Assembly: GCA_964016885.1 (NCBI GenBank) | Contig: OZ024742.1 | Coordinates: 336,908,001 to 336,972,000 of the forward strand | From: Eledone cirrhosa | Taxonomy: Eukaryota | Direction: 5' to 3' | DNA: 64,000 nt | Shown: positions 39,863 through 51,872 of the stretch, one piece after another | How positions within the stretch are numbered: the stretch's first letter is position 1 | Layout: every line of letters begins with the position of its first letter | Position numbers and translations under genes: made by a program | Notes under the pieces: generated by a model | Database searches by the model: none | What the model was told of the DNA's origin: nothing | What the model saw: only the letters and a program-made list of their open reading frames with translations

Positions 39863-42800
39863 TCAGGTCACCAGTTGGTGCTACTGGTAACATGTATCCC
39901 AGTACAACCTGTCACATGGTCGGGTCGTTGGCGACTAAACTGGCAACCCCACCAAGGTTTCTTGGTGAGGAGGGTGACTTTGGACATCCTGCAGGACTAA
40001 AAACAAAACCTGTCAAAGGGCAAAGGAGCTCTTAAGAGTCAATGGCCATCCAAAATCACCGGGAGAGATGACCCCTTAGCCTTTGTCAAGGCAGAATTCT
40101 AGAAGGAAAACTCTGATATAACACCTGCAACACTGATGGTATCCAATGATGTTGACTTCTTCTTTTTGGTAAATATCATCTTGGTTAAGAGAGTGGGACT
40201 GGCTTTGTGCAGTGCCTTTGCTCACTATAAAAGCTTCATGGCACAGGCATTGCTTTATATCTGGAGATCTCTCTGCACTTGTCGTCACATGGTACCATGG
40301 GCCCGGCACTATGTGTCAATAATTGTCACAGGTGCAGTGTTTGTACCAGAGTTTTCAAGTCGCTGGCTGGACTAAAAAGTCACACTCGTTCAGTGCATCA
40401 GTAGGGGTTCTCCTAGATGGATATGAAGTAGAGGCCGTACTCGAAAACGAGTTGGCAGCCACCATATATATATATATATATATATATATATCATCATATA
40501 TATATATATATAGTATTGGCACTCTAACGGGTAGATCTGGTGAGATAGCGGATATGCTGGAGAGAAGGCATGTGGATGTGTGCTATGTGCAAGAGGTGAG
40601 ATGGGAAGGTGCCTCTGCAAGACTAATCGCAGGAAAAGATCGTAGTTATAAGCTTTTGTGGGTGGGTAATGATGATGGGTTAGGTGGGGTGGGCATATTA
40701 CTGGCTGAGAGATGGATCAATAAGACAATAGAGGAAGTTAGAGTTAGTAATAGAATAATTAAGCTTAGATTAGTTGTAGGCAAGAGACTACTGACAATCA
40801 TCTCTGCCTATGCTCCCCAGGCAGGCCTAGGTAAAGAAGAGGAAGACTGCTTTTACGAGCAACTTTTACAAACAGCCTCAATGACAGAGACATTGTCATG
40901 CTAGCGGGGGATTTCAATGGACATGTTGGACAACTCCAGGATGGATACAATGGGGTACATGGTGGGCACGGTTATGGCTCAAGAAATGAAGAAGGAGTGA
41001 GGCTTCTTGAATTTTGTGATGCAAATGCACTAACCATTTGCAACACTAACTTCCAGAAGCCTACCAACCACCTAATAACCTACAACTAGGGCGAGCACAT
41101 AAGCCAGATTGACTTCCTGCTAGTTAGACAGCTAGACAGACAGATGGTGTCAAATACTAAGGCATACCACGGGGAAGAATGTACCCCACAGCATAGGTTA
41201 GTCGTTAGTGACATCTCAGTAAGCAAGAGAACGAATGAAACATACAGGAAGGTGTGGGAAAGAAAGGTCTGGAAGCTAAAAGACTTTTCACTAAAATATA
41301 AATTTAGGAAAGCCCTTCAAGATGTGTATGACGAAAAGGAAGACGATTTAGGATCGTATGACATAGATGATAACTGGAATTTCTTGCATGACAATTTACT
41401 GCAGGCTGCTGAAGAAACTTGTTGGGGCAAAGCTTCAACCAGACAGAGAGTGACCTGGTGGTGAAACAGCACGTTAGATACGGCCATTAGAGACAAAAGA
41501 CTGGCATGGAAGGCTTGGAAAAACGGTGGGAGTAGAGAAGGATACACAGCCACTAAGAGAGAAGCTAGCCGTCAGGTGTACTTAGCACACAGGGAGGCTG
41601 AGAGTTAGAGATTTGCTAATGTTCTGCGATGGGAAGATCAGAGACGTGCGGTGTTCCGCATTGCAAGGCAGTGTGTCAGTACAAATCAGGATGTTGTTGG
41701 AGATAAGTGTGTCCAGAATGATGCCAGTGTACTTAGTGTCGCGAATGATCAAAAAAAGGAGGCATGGAAATGTCATTATGAGAGACTGATGAATGTGGAG
41801 AACGAAAAATTACCCCCAGTAGACCCGACAGAGGGACCAGCTATTGAGATTGACGAATATAGGGTACAAGAGGCAATTAAGGAAATGAAGAATGGTAAGG
41901 CTGCTGGACCATCGGGATAGTTGCTGAGATGCTGAAGCCATCATGAGAAGTAGGCACTAAACTAGTTGCACACATCATTAATTAAGCTATATATGGTGGT
42001 GTCATACCCGAAGACTGGTGCAGCAGTATTCTCATAAATTGCTACAAAGGTAAAGGGGATGCTCTAGAGAGGAGCAATTATAGGGGTATAAAGCTGATGG
42101 ATCAGGTTATGAAAGTGGCAGAGGGAATATTAGCGCAACTGATTAGAGAAAGGGTCAAATTAGATGAGATGCAGTTTGGTTTTGTGCCTCAGAAAAGTAC
42201 AACAGATGCCCTCTTCTTAGTGAGACAACTATAAGAGAGGTTCTTAGAGAAGAATAAGCCACTATACTTAGCTTTTGTTGACCTAGAGAAGGCCTTTGAT
42301 AGGGTTCCCCGATCTGTCAGCTGGTGGTCCCTAAGGAAACTAGGTGTAGAGGAATGGCTTGTGAGGACAGTGCAAGCTATGCACAGGGGTGCTGTCAGTA
42401 AAGTGAGAATACGAATGGAATTTAGTGAGGAATTCCAGATACAAGTAGGTGTACATGAGGGTTCGGTCCTCAGCCCGCTCTTGTTCATTATAGTCCTCCA
42501 AGCCATAATAGAGGAGGTTAAGACTGGCTGCCCATGGAACTTCTCTATGCTGACGATCTGGTTCTTATAGCAGAATCAGTAGAGGAGCTAGAGAATAAAT
42601 TCTGGCTATGGAAACAGCAGTTGGAATCAAGAGGCCTGAGAGTGAACATAGCTAAAACAAAAGTGTTGATAAGTAGAAGAGAGGACAATACTCTGATTCC
42701 ATCGGGGAAATAGCCATGTTCGATATGTAGGAAAGGAACTGGCATAAATTCCATAAAATGTACGCAATGCAGATCTTGGGTACACAAGAGATGTAGCGGG

Positions 42801-43445
42801 ATAGCAGGCAAACTAACAGGTAGGGAGAAATATGTATGCAGTAGATGTACAGGGAAATTTGGCAGTAGTAATAGACATGTGTCTATCACAGCAGTGATAG
42901 ACATATTTTTCTAATGCAGGTGGGTTCTATAGAAGTGGTTGATAGCTTCCGGTACCTAGGTGATCAGATTAATATGGGATGGGGGTGTTCCAAAGCCATA
43001 GTATCTAGAATAAGGACGGGTTAGAAGAAGTTTAGGGAGCTGCTTACTCTGTTGACTAAGAAGGGTTTCTCCCTGCGTACGAAAGGACAGTTATATGATG
43101 CCTGTGTGATGCGCGATGCTGCATGGTAGTGGGACATGGGCAGCAACTGCAGAAGATATGCTCCGTTGGATGTGCAATGCCAATGTGCGTGAACGACCAA
43201 GTATAGACGAGTTGAGAAAGAAACTGGGTATAAGAGGGATAAGTTGTGGTGTGCAGGAGAGAGGGCTGAGATGGTATAGTAGAGATAGACCACGAAAAAC
43301 ATGGGCGAGGTGGTGAGAACAGACCGCAGATCGCTGAAACTCACCAAGGAGATGACGAAGGACCGTGACAAGTGGAGAAATGCTGTGCTGAATAGGACCC
43401 GCCCAACCCTTGCAAGCAGGGAAAAGTGGACGTAAAATGATGATG
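39863..43445 (+). mobile_element. Near full-length RTE LINE (family A): probable 5' UTR, APE, RT, PHD finger, C-terminus; inactivated
   Basis: IGTLTGRSGE..VQEVRW..SAYAPQ..GDFNGHVG..SQIDFLL; AFVDLEKAFDRVPR; LYADDLVL; PCSICRKG..WVHKRC..YVCSRC. Several stops and frameshifts. Assignment of 39863-40510 as UTR is less certain. Confidence 0.92.
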
Positions 43446-43623
43446 TTAGTATCATAAATAAGAGACAGTTTAATTTGTACATTTTATTACAGCATTCCTT
43501 TATACGTATATATACATATATAAACATGTTATTTACAGTTGTATAAAAAAGAAGTATAATTGTTTCTACTTTTGGCACAAAGCCAGCATTTATTCCAGTA
43601 CATTACTGGTACTTTATTATATA

Positions 43624-44204
43624 CTAGCAGTGGTACTCTGCGTTGCACGGGATAAGGTATTTTGGAATGCAGGCCGCCAACAGACCTAATCGTGGAAAAA
43701 CTGCATGCCTGGACAATATGTAAAGAAAATAAACCGAATACTCTTTATAACTGGATAACCTTTAAAATTTTCCTCGATGAAGTAGGAAAAATGCAGGTTT
43801 TCATCTAATGCAGGCCCTAGGAGATCAAGAAAATGAATTTTTTTTATGTGCATAATATGCTTTGAAATTTTGGGAAAATCGGCTAGACGTAACACCTCCA
43901 AAAAGCCCTAAAAAAGCTGAAAAAAAATGAAGTTTTTCACTTAATGCGGGGCCTAGGCCATAAAAAAGTTGGATTTTCTTTGCTCACGGTATGAAGAAGA
44001 GACTGACTAATACACAGTTATAATTTCAAGGAAATCGGTCTGACGTAACGCCTAAAAAAAAACCTAAAAAGCTTAAAAAACGCAGTTTTTCACTTAAATA
44101 GGAGACAAAAAGTTGCATATCACTCCCTGAAACATAAATAATACACATGTAAAGTTTGAAAAAAATCGGTTGGGTACTTCGAGTTTTAGGGATTCAAACT
44201 CGCA

Positions 44205-44238
<34 letters not shown>

Positions 44239-44535
44239 GAAGTGACGTAATGCAGACAGCCAGACATACATAGATAGATATAAGGGCGCGACGTTATATG
44301 TATGTATCTATCTAAAAAGAGAAAGACTAAGAATTATAGAGAGAGATCACTAAATCGCCTAATGCGGTCCCCTAGGGCATTGAAAATTTGAAATTTTTTT
44401 TTTTCGCTCAGAACACTCCCTAAAACATAAGTATTACATGTGTAAAGTTTGAAAACAGTCGGTTGGGTGGTTCTCGAGTTTTAGGGATTCAAAGTCACAC
44501 ACACAGACAGACATCCTCAGTTTTATATATATTGA
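43624..44535 (-). mobile_element. Non-autonomous Helitron
   Basis: Minus strand A|TCAATATATATAAAACTGAGGATGTCTGTCTG ... CCCGTGCAACGCAGAGTACCACTG CTAG|T. Canonical A|TC...CTAG|T ends with no TSD. Confidence 0.8.
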
Positions 44536-44857
44536 TAATATATATAATACGACATTCCTCTCTCTTTCTTACTCTGTCTTTTTAGATAGATACATAGCTA
44601 TAATGTCGCGCGCTTATAATGACTGACTGACTGCATTGACTTCGCTTCTAACCAACTTTTAATTAATTATATATATATATATGTATAATTATATATTTGT
44701 GTACATATTTTCAACAGTAATACTATACTACACAGACGGCTTATCATCTGTTTATCCAAGCGAAGCTAGGTACATCAGCTATATATATATATCTGGATGC
44801 TGTAGAACACGCCAATGGTAGCCGGGTGCCAGCTGGACGGGCCAGCTAGTATATATA

Positions 44858-45676
44858 CAGGGTGCGGACGACATCTGTTCGCAATTTTCAACTGTTAATT
44901 TTATGCAAATTTTTTTTACTTCCATTGTCACTCTTGTCTTCATAAAAACAGACTATATTTCCATTATTTATTTTCAGAATAATTGATTATGAATAATTTT
45001 GAACCTCCAAATTTGTGGAAGAGACACGGAGTTCTTCTTGGAATCCGTGTCGGGAGGACAAATAAGGAAATTTCAGACTTTCTCAGCGTCAGCAGGAGAA
45101 TGGTGTCTCATCCAAAGACGTGCCCAGAGTCATGCAGATAAAGTTTCCAACGACAACATTGGTCTTAGGTGTCGTCATGCCACCTCACTTCTTCCCTGAC
45201 GGCCTCAAGCTGAACACCGATGGGGTACATCCACATTCTGAGCGAGATAGTAATGCCCTGGATCGACCAGGTAGCTGCAGATAGGCCGTACGTGTGGCAG
45301 CAAGACTCAGCGCCCTGCCATACCAGCCGTAAGACCCAAGCTCGGCTGTCAGAGAACTTCGTCGACCACACTTCACCTGACATCTGGCATCCCAGCTCGC
45401 CTGACTGCAACCCCCTCGACTTCTTTGTGTGGGGCGCAGTGGAACAAGACACCAACAGATCTAGCTGCAATACGAAAGACGATCTGAAGGCGAGGATCAC
45501 AAGTGCCTTTAGGGCCCTAAGTCGGGGGATAGTGACGAAGGCCTGTAGCTGGTTCCGAGTCCGCCTTGAGGCTGTCATCAAAGCCAATGGCGGGTTTATC
45601 GAAAGAACAAGTCATGAAGACAAACTGACCCAAGTTTGATAAATATATCTTGCGAACAGATATCGTCCGCACCCTG
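44858..45676 (+). mobile_element. Internally deleted Tc1/mariner-superfamily transposon, DD37D (maT) type
   Basis: 27-bp TIRs CAGGGTGCGGACGA(C/T)ATCTGTTCGCAA with TA on both sides. ORF 45220..45639 has QQD-x37-D (QQDSAPCH...SPDCNPLD). Confidence 0.93.
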
Positions 45677-45678
45677 TA

Positions 45679-45844
45679 TACAACAAATACGCGTGCACAT
45701 ACATACAAATATATGAAACAGACACATGAATAAACACACTCGCCTACATAGTATAAATATGTATTTATATATAAAAATAAGAGATTAAAAAAATAAATAA
45801 AAAATAAAAATTAATCAGTCAGGCAAGGCGATACAAAAAAGTCA
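45679..45844 (-). repeat. Inverted copy of the PLE 3' region 46758-46910
   Basis: Reverse complement TGACTTTTT.GTATCGCCTTG.CTGAC.GATT...ATGTAGGCG...GTTTCATATATTTGTAT...GCACGCGTAT. Confidence 0.85.
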
Positions 45845-46480
45845 TTAAAAAAATAATCTGGTTCACATCATCCTGTTCTTTAGCAGTTAAAACTAATGTA
45901 GGTAGAAAGTTCCTTGAATTAATAGATAAACTTTTCCTCCATCACCATAAATATAATAAAATTTTTAATAGAAACTGTTCAGATTCGCTATTCTTGCAGT
46001 CCTATGAAATCCAAAATCACCACCGGAAAAACAGACAAAGGAATCCCAGGGTGTTCATGCAGAAATGCAGGTGAATGTCCTTTACGAGGCAAATGCAACA
46101 TTAAATTTGTTGTATATGAGGCAATTATAAAACCTGTTAACACCAACCAACCTTCTACTGGAGAACGATATATAGGCATGACCCAGGATACTTTAACAAA
46201 AAGAAATTATGCACACGTCGCTTCCTTTCAACACCAAGATAAAATAAAAACTACGGCGCTGGCAAATGGAGTGTGGGAGATGAAAAAGCGTGGGATCCCA
46301 TATGAAATTGATTCGTCTATTTTAGACCAATCAAAAGAATATGAAAAAGGCACAAAAATGTTTACCTTGCGTGTAACCGAAAAATACAGGATCTACAAAA
46401 AATGGAATCTCCCAATACTTGTCTTAATTCAAATTCTGAAATTTTAAAAATTTGCCCACATATAAGAACTCATCTCCTTT
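45845..46480 (+). mobile_element. Penelope-like element coding relic: RT C-terminus/linker and GIY-YIG endonuclease
   Basis: IIWF....VKTNVGRKFLELIDK, then CSCRNAGECPLRGKC..VVYEA...YIGMT....KR...H..SF......TALANGVWEMK. The Cys-rich linker is typical of Neptune-group PLEs. Confidence 0.88.
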
Positions 46481-47114
46481 CCCAGCATCATAAGACCATT
46501 TTGGACACTCATCCACCTTGAACACTCTCTTATATTAACCACCCTGGACTTTCATCACACCCACGATACACATTCAACACTTATTTTATATTACACCTAT
46601 ATTATTCACTTCATTTCCTTTACTGAGTTATTTTTATGCATCAAACACTTCGTCTTTCTGTGTATATGCGTATATCCGCATGGTATATTGAGACATTTAC
46701 TTTTTGGGTGTACACTCGTGTGTATATATATGCATGTTTATCTTGCACGTGTATGTGTGACTTTTTCGTATCGCCTTGTCTGACCGATTTTAATTTTTAT
46801 TTTTTATATCTTTTATTTTTATACCTATGTAGGCGCATGTGTTTATACGTATGAGTGTTTCATATATTTGTATATATATATGCACGCGTATATGTATTTG
46901 TCGAGTGTGTGCATGTCTAAATATATACATCATCATCATCATTTCATTTTACGTCCGATTTTTCCCTGCTTGCAAGGGTGGCACGGGAACTGATTCTGGC
47001 TTGATTTCTACAGCTGGATGCCCTTCCTAACACCAACCTCATTTACAGTGAGTGCTGAGTGCTTTTTTGCCGTGGCACCTCCACAACCACTTTGCAGTGG
47101 AATGATTTGGACCC

Positions 47115-47270
47115 CAGTCCCTATCATCTTATTTCTACAGCTGAGTAAACTGGAGCAATGTGAAATAAAGTATCTTGCTCAAGGAAACAACACATCACCC
47201 GGTCTGAAAATTGAACTCACAACCTTTCGATTGCAAGGCCAATGCTCTAACCACTAAGCCATGTGCCTCC
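47115..47270 (-). mobile_element. tRNA-headed SINE (V/Meta-like core)
   Basis: GGAGGCACATGGCTTAGTGGTTAGAGCA...GTGAGTTCAATT...TGTTTCCTTGAGCAAGATACTTT. Confidence 0.7.
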
Positions 47271-47909
47271 ATATATATCCTTATGAATTTATTCTATACT
47301 CCCTCTCGGTTGAGTAAATCTTAGGCAGTAACTAACTGCTCTTTCTAGCAGCGAACCTACCTGCCATCCGGCCTACCCTTCACACCGCTAGCCACGTGAT
47401 GATTCTTACCCATTTTGAATTCATTTCTGGTGGCGATCACTAGAAATTTTAGTCCTGCTGAGGGGTCTCTTGAGAAGCTCGAAACCTCATAGATAATACC
47501 AAAATTGGACATATCCACAAAGTACGAGCAAAAATATCGATAGTCAGGACAAGAAGGGGCAAAATTTATATACATTTTTTCTACAAACTTGCATTTTAGA
47601 CTTAGCTCTGTTTAATTGATTATTTGTCTAGTTAATTTCTATGGGCTAAGAAGAAAGTCTAGATAAATTTTATCTGGCTGGTCCTCACAAGGGATAGTCT
47701 GTGACATTTATCTGTTATTTCTTCGAAGTTACATTTTAAACTTAGCTCCGTTTAAATGATTATTTATCTAGTTAATTTCTACGGACTAAGGAGAAGAAAA
47801 ATTGGATATTTTTGTCTGACTGTTCTTCAAACTTATAATTTTATTTATATATATAGGTATATATACATTTTCACTTATATTTGAATACGTCTATATGTAC
47901 ACATGTGCC

Positions 47910-48014
47910 AGATCAGTTCCTGTATGAGCAAGGCATGGTCAGCCGACCAGACACTGCCCACAACAGGACAACCCGTCTAACCCATGCTAGCGTGGAAGAA
48001 CGGACGTAAAACGG

Positions 48015-48043
<29 letters not shown>
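47910..48043 (+). mobile_element. Very recent 134-bp RTE 3'-end insertion with ATGTGCC TSD
   Basis: Body appears identical to 27581-27690. ATGTGCC at 47903-47909 and 48044-48050. The paralogous site near 39435 is empty. Confidence 0.92.
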
Positions 48044-48046
<3 letters not shown>

Positions 48047-48175
48047 TGCCTACTAATTTTTATAATTTTATAAATAATTTTTTTATATATTCTTTCTTAT
48101 GTATATTTTCTGTTATATTTTCCAGCCAGCCCCACTTTCAATTTTAATAGATTTTCAATTTCATTTTGTATTTTC

Positions 48176-48257
48176 ATAACCTCTCTATCTGATGAGCGAA
48201 CTCGACATATGTTAATTTTGTCTCGGGTCCTGAAACCTTTGGTAATGGAGTAGTTAT
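48176..48257 (+). ncRNA. Putative type-I minimal hammerhead ribozyme (inverted paralog of 39208-39289)
   Basis: CTGATGA at 48189-48195, GAAA at 48232-48235, GTA cleavage triplet at 48242-48244, and the same stem I. Confidence 0.65.
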
Positions 48258-48556
48258 ATATTGTGTTGTTCACATTCTAATTAAATAGCTCTGTATTATA
48301 CATAGAGCACTCTTTTTTCCTTTTCTTTTGAAATGATTAACACAAACACACACACATAAGTAAATAGAAACCTGTAGAGCAAATATTTATTATTAGTCAT
48401 GCACTATCATTATGTCTTCCAATATTTGGTTGTAAATCGTTTTTTAAATATTTACTTCTGCATCTATAGATAGATTTTTTATCAGTTTCAGATGATCCTG
48501 CTTAGAATGAAAACAAAAATTCTTTGCTTCAACTTTTAATCTGTATTACTTATATA

Positions 48557-49273
48557 TCTGTATATATATAAATTTGAAAATTTCTGTATGTATGTGTGTA
48601 TGTATGTATGTGTCGACATTTTTTAATGAGGGCTCATATATTCTAAACCATTCATGCGATTTCTTTGAAATTTTTTAAAGAGCTTCTCCTTGCACAAAAC
48701 CTGTACATGATCTACAAAGGCTTTCAAAAATCGATATTGGAGCCTTTGGAGACATTAAAAAAGTTTCGGTTATTTGTGTGAATTTGTGATTAAGTAAGAC
48801 GAGGGTTATCTTTCTTAATTCGGCTCATTCGGATTTTAATTTACTCTTTCTACTTGAAACAAAGAGAAATAACATTATCATTTCGTATATTTCACAACCA
48901 GCAATTTCTAACAGATTACTAAGTTAAGTTATAGATTTGACATTGTATAATTTATCGTTTCAAGCTTGATGCTCATATTAACTGATCTCATAACTTTTAC
49001 AATATTATGCTTAAATTTATCTAAAGGATGGTTTATTTTTTCGCATTGATTAGACTACGTTTCGGACACATAATTTAATTATTAACTTACATACCCTGTA
49101 CATTTCCAACATTATACCGCTACATGTGCTTCAACTACATTTTACAATTAATCTTTATTTTTATATTCGATTGTGTTATATCGTGTTTCTTCTATGTATT
49201 CAAATTTACTTTCAGTTTAATGAGCTACATCGAAAGTTACTTGAACCGTCCAAGGGACGGGTAGTTTAGCTAG
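48557..49273 (+). mobile_element. Non-autonomous Helitron
   Basis: A|TCTGTATATATATAAATTTG...(GTAT)n start. Terminal hairpin CCGTCC-AAG-GGACGG followed by CTAG|T. Confidence 0.8.
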
Positions 49274-49408
49274 TATATCTATATATATCTAAAATTAAAT
49301 TAAGGGTGTCATGTCTGAGAGACATACGCCATATCCACTGTAGAATCATTCCGTGATTGTTTCATGTTTATTTTAGATATATATATATATATGTCAATCA
49401 ATTTCTAG

Positions 49409-49449
<41 letters not shown>

Positions 49450-49932
49450 AATCTAAACAAAAATTTAACGTTCCAATCTTCTCACACATTATAACATGCA
49501 GACCCCCACTATATTTACTTCTGTTAAAATATATACCTGTTAAGATACGGGAACTTTAGAATAAATTTTTTTTCGCGCCATTCCTGGCCTGACTAGCTTG
49601 ACATTAGTACGGACTTTTCTTCCTCTTTCTTTCTTTGTCTGTCTTGTAGCTCGACATTAATGCTGACTTTTCTTCTTTTTCTTCCCCCTTCTTTGTCTTT
49701 TTTTGTGTAGCATGATATTAATGCTGACTTATCTTCCTCTCCCTTTCTGTTTTTCTTCTATTTGACGGGGAGGGTAGTAGCACACTATAAGCTTTACTCC
49801 ACTCACCAGATAGCCTCAAGTAGACCGAATAGCCAGCACTTGAGGGCAACCGGCTAAAGTGGAAGATGCTAGATGGTCGGTTGTCCTCCGGTCTTTGATT
49901 TTCAGCCCCATGGATTTTATCTATTACATTCA

Positions 49933-50011
49933 TTTATTATATTTCGAATACCTGATGATATCACCAGATTCATACGGAACCCGGTCATTGAAATGATCAT
50001 AGTATAATAAA
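49933..50011 (+). ncRNA. Putative type-I hammerhead with palindromic stem III
   Basis: ATAC CTGATGA [decayed stem II, ACC/GGT] GAAA TGATCA TA GTAT. Distal pairing TTTATT/AATAAA. Confidence 0.55.
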
Positions 50012-51149
50012 CCTTTCAAGGATTTACACACAAGTCCAGCCTCCTGTCATTTTATTATAATATTTAACTCCGTACTAGCACCACCAACTACAAAAACGAA
50101 GACGGTTGAACTGCTTTACGTTGAGTACTCTCCATATTATTACATTAAGATTGACCAGCTCTATCCAGTGGTGAACCTTCAAACATGTATATATACACCC
50201 ATATACTCAGCATATACTCAAACATGAAAAATACACCCATATACTCAGCATATACTACAAATTAGGAAGGGCATTTATTCATAGAAGCTATGCCAAAAAT
50301 ACAACATATATGCAGTCTTCAAGATTGTATCTCATAGGAGATTTCTTAAATGTCTTAGTGTGTGAGAGAGGAACAGGAAAAAGAAAGAAACTGACAAAAA
50401 GAGATTTCTGTTTACAGGGAATTTTTGTACTCAACATTTTATAGCATGAAAAATGAATGTGATGACTACAAAAATTCTCTGCAATCAACACAAATTTCTT
50501 CTCTCTCCATTCACACTGTTGATAATATTATGCAACTAGTTAAATCAACAATTAAAAAACATGCACACCTAATAAATTACACTACTTTCACTACTGCACA
50601 CACAAAAGAAAATAGAAGCTTATGTTAAACATGACTAAATAAGACACATATGACACTGAAATCTTTATTGCAACATAAAACAAACATACTAACTGATAAG
50701 TCATACAAATACATAAACAAGCTAGAGCTAAAGAAAAATATTACCAAATAGAACAAACTTTCAAGTCATGGAACTAAATACAAACAAAAACTCATATTGC
50801 CTTTCATCCTTACAGGGTCGATAAAATAAAGTACCAGTAATGCACTGGGTATTTGCTAGCCTTGTGCCAAACGTAGAAACAATTATTGACCTAATTCAGA
50901 TGACAGAGTGTCAACGTATTCTCTAAGGCTGCTATTTGCATTTATTTCTAATTTTTTTATATATTGCTCTGTATTGTTTTTTCACTATATTTTCCAAGAA
51001 AATTAATTTCATCATGTCACCAAAACACTGCTCATCTATGGTAGGGGGGTTACAAACAGTTGAAATCTTCAAATGAAAGGGAAACTCATGAACAATATAA
51101 AAAAAGACATGGGAATAAAGGGACAAGTAAACATTGTGACATTCAGCAG

Positions 51150-51872
51150 AATATGAGACGAGGAAACAGAAAGGTTAAGACAACAAGAAAGACGATCGCA
51201 ACTTTCTGAAAATGTACAGAACTTGAGACAGAAAACAAAGGTTAAGGCAAGAAGAAAAACTATCGCAACAAACAGAGGTTCAATATGAAAATCACCAAGA
51301 GGCAATGAGAGTTCCGATGCAAACTTGATGAGCACAAAGGACTCTTTAAGGCAAAATAAATTGGCTAAGAGCTGCGTTTTCATATGATCCATCTAAGAAT
51401 TATAGAAATGATCCTAAAGTCGCGATTGGTAGCATGGATATTACACTTGGCATGTGTTGCTTAGGAGGAAAGGTCAGACATCTACTGATATAGGACCCTC
51501 CTATCCATATACTGCTTACAGACCATACTAACGAAACTAAATACTTCAGAAGCAATGTTATGTGGTATATTGCTGCGTTTCAGATGGCGTCCTTTGGAAC
51601 TGAAAAAGATCATACTGACTATGGTTATTTTACAACATTTAAAATCCAAGCCCAAAGCTACCATTTAATCAGCAGTTTACTCTCCCAGCCTAATAAGGTT
51701 GTTTTATGACTGTTTCTTCTTTTTTTATGTCTCTAACACACACACACGCACACACACATTACAGTCTCACCTCATACCGTAAAACCAGACAACACATTCA
51801 ATACGGTCGTTTTTTTCTTTTATCCGTCTTCTCTTAACTGTTCTCCCAGACGAAGCTAGGTACCCCAGCTAG
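51150..51872 (+). mobile_element. Helitron with RepHel N-terminal coding relic; 5' end uncertain, possibly TC at 49278
   Basis: Homologous to 63190-63769. Decayed AAFQMASFG...FKIQ...YHLISSLL. 3' hairpin and CTAG|T at 51869-51872. Confidence 0.8.

Noticed and set aside
39863-43445. Active autonomous LINE
   Set aside because: Multiple in-frame stops, frameshifts and small deletions.
46004-46447. Stand-alone homing endonuclease or host nuclease gene
   Set aside because: It is preceded by frameshifted PLE RT/linker sequence and followed by a pLTR, so it is a Penelope-like relic.
47200-47270. tRNA gene
   Set aside because: A and B boxes are present but run into a SINE core with no complete cloverleaf; it is a SINE head.
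49718-49933. 71-aa minus-strand ORF with a gtgagt donor, as a WAC exon
   Set aside because: Poor acceptor, wrong phase for the WW exon, and it lies in pLTR/Helitron-like sequence.
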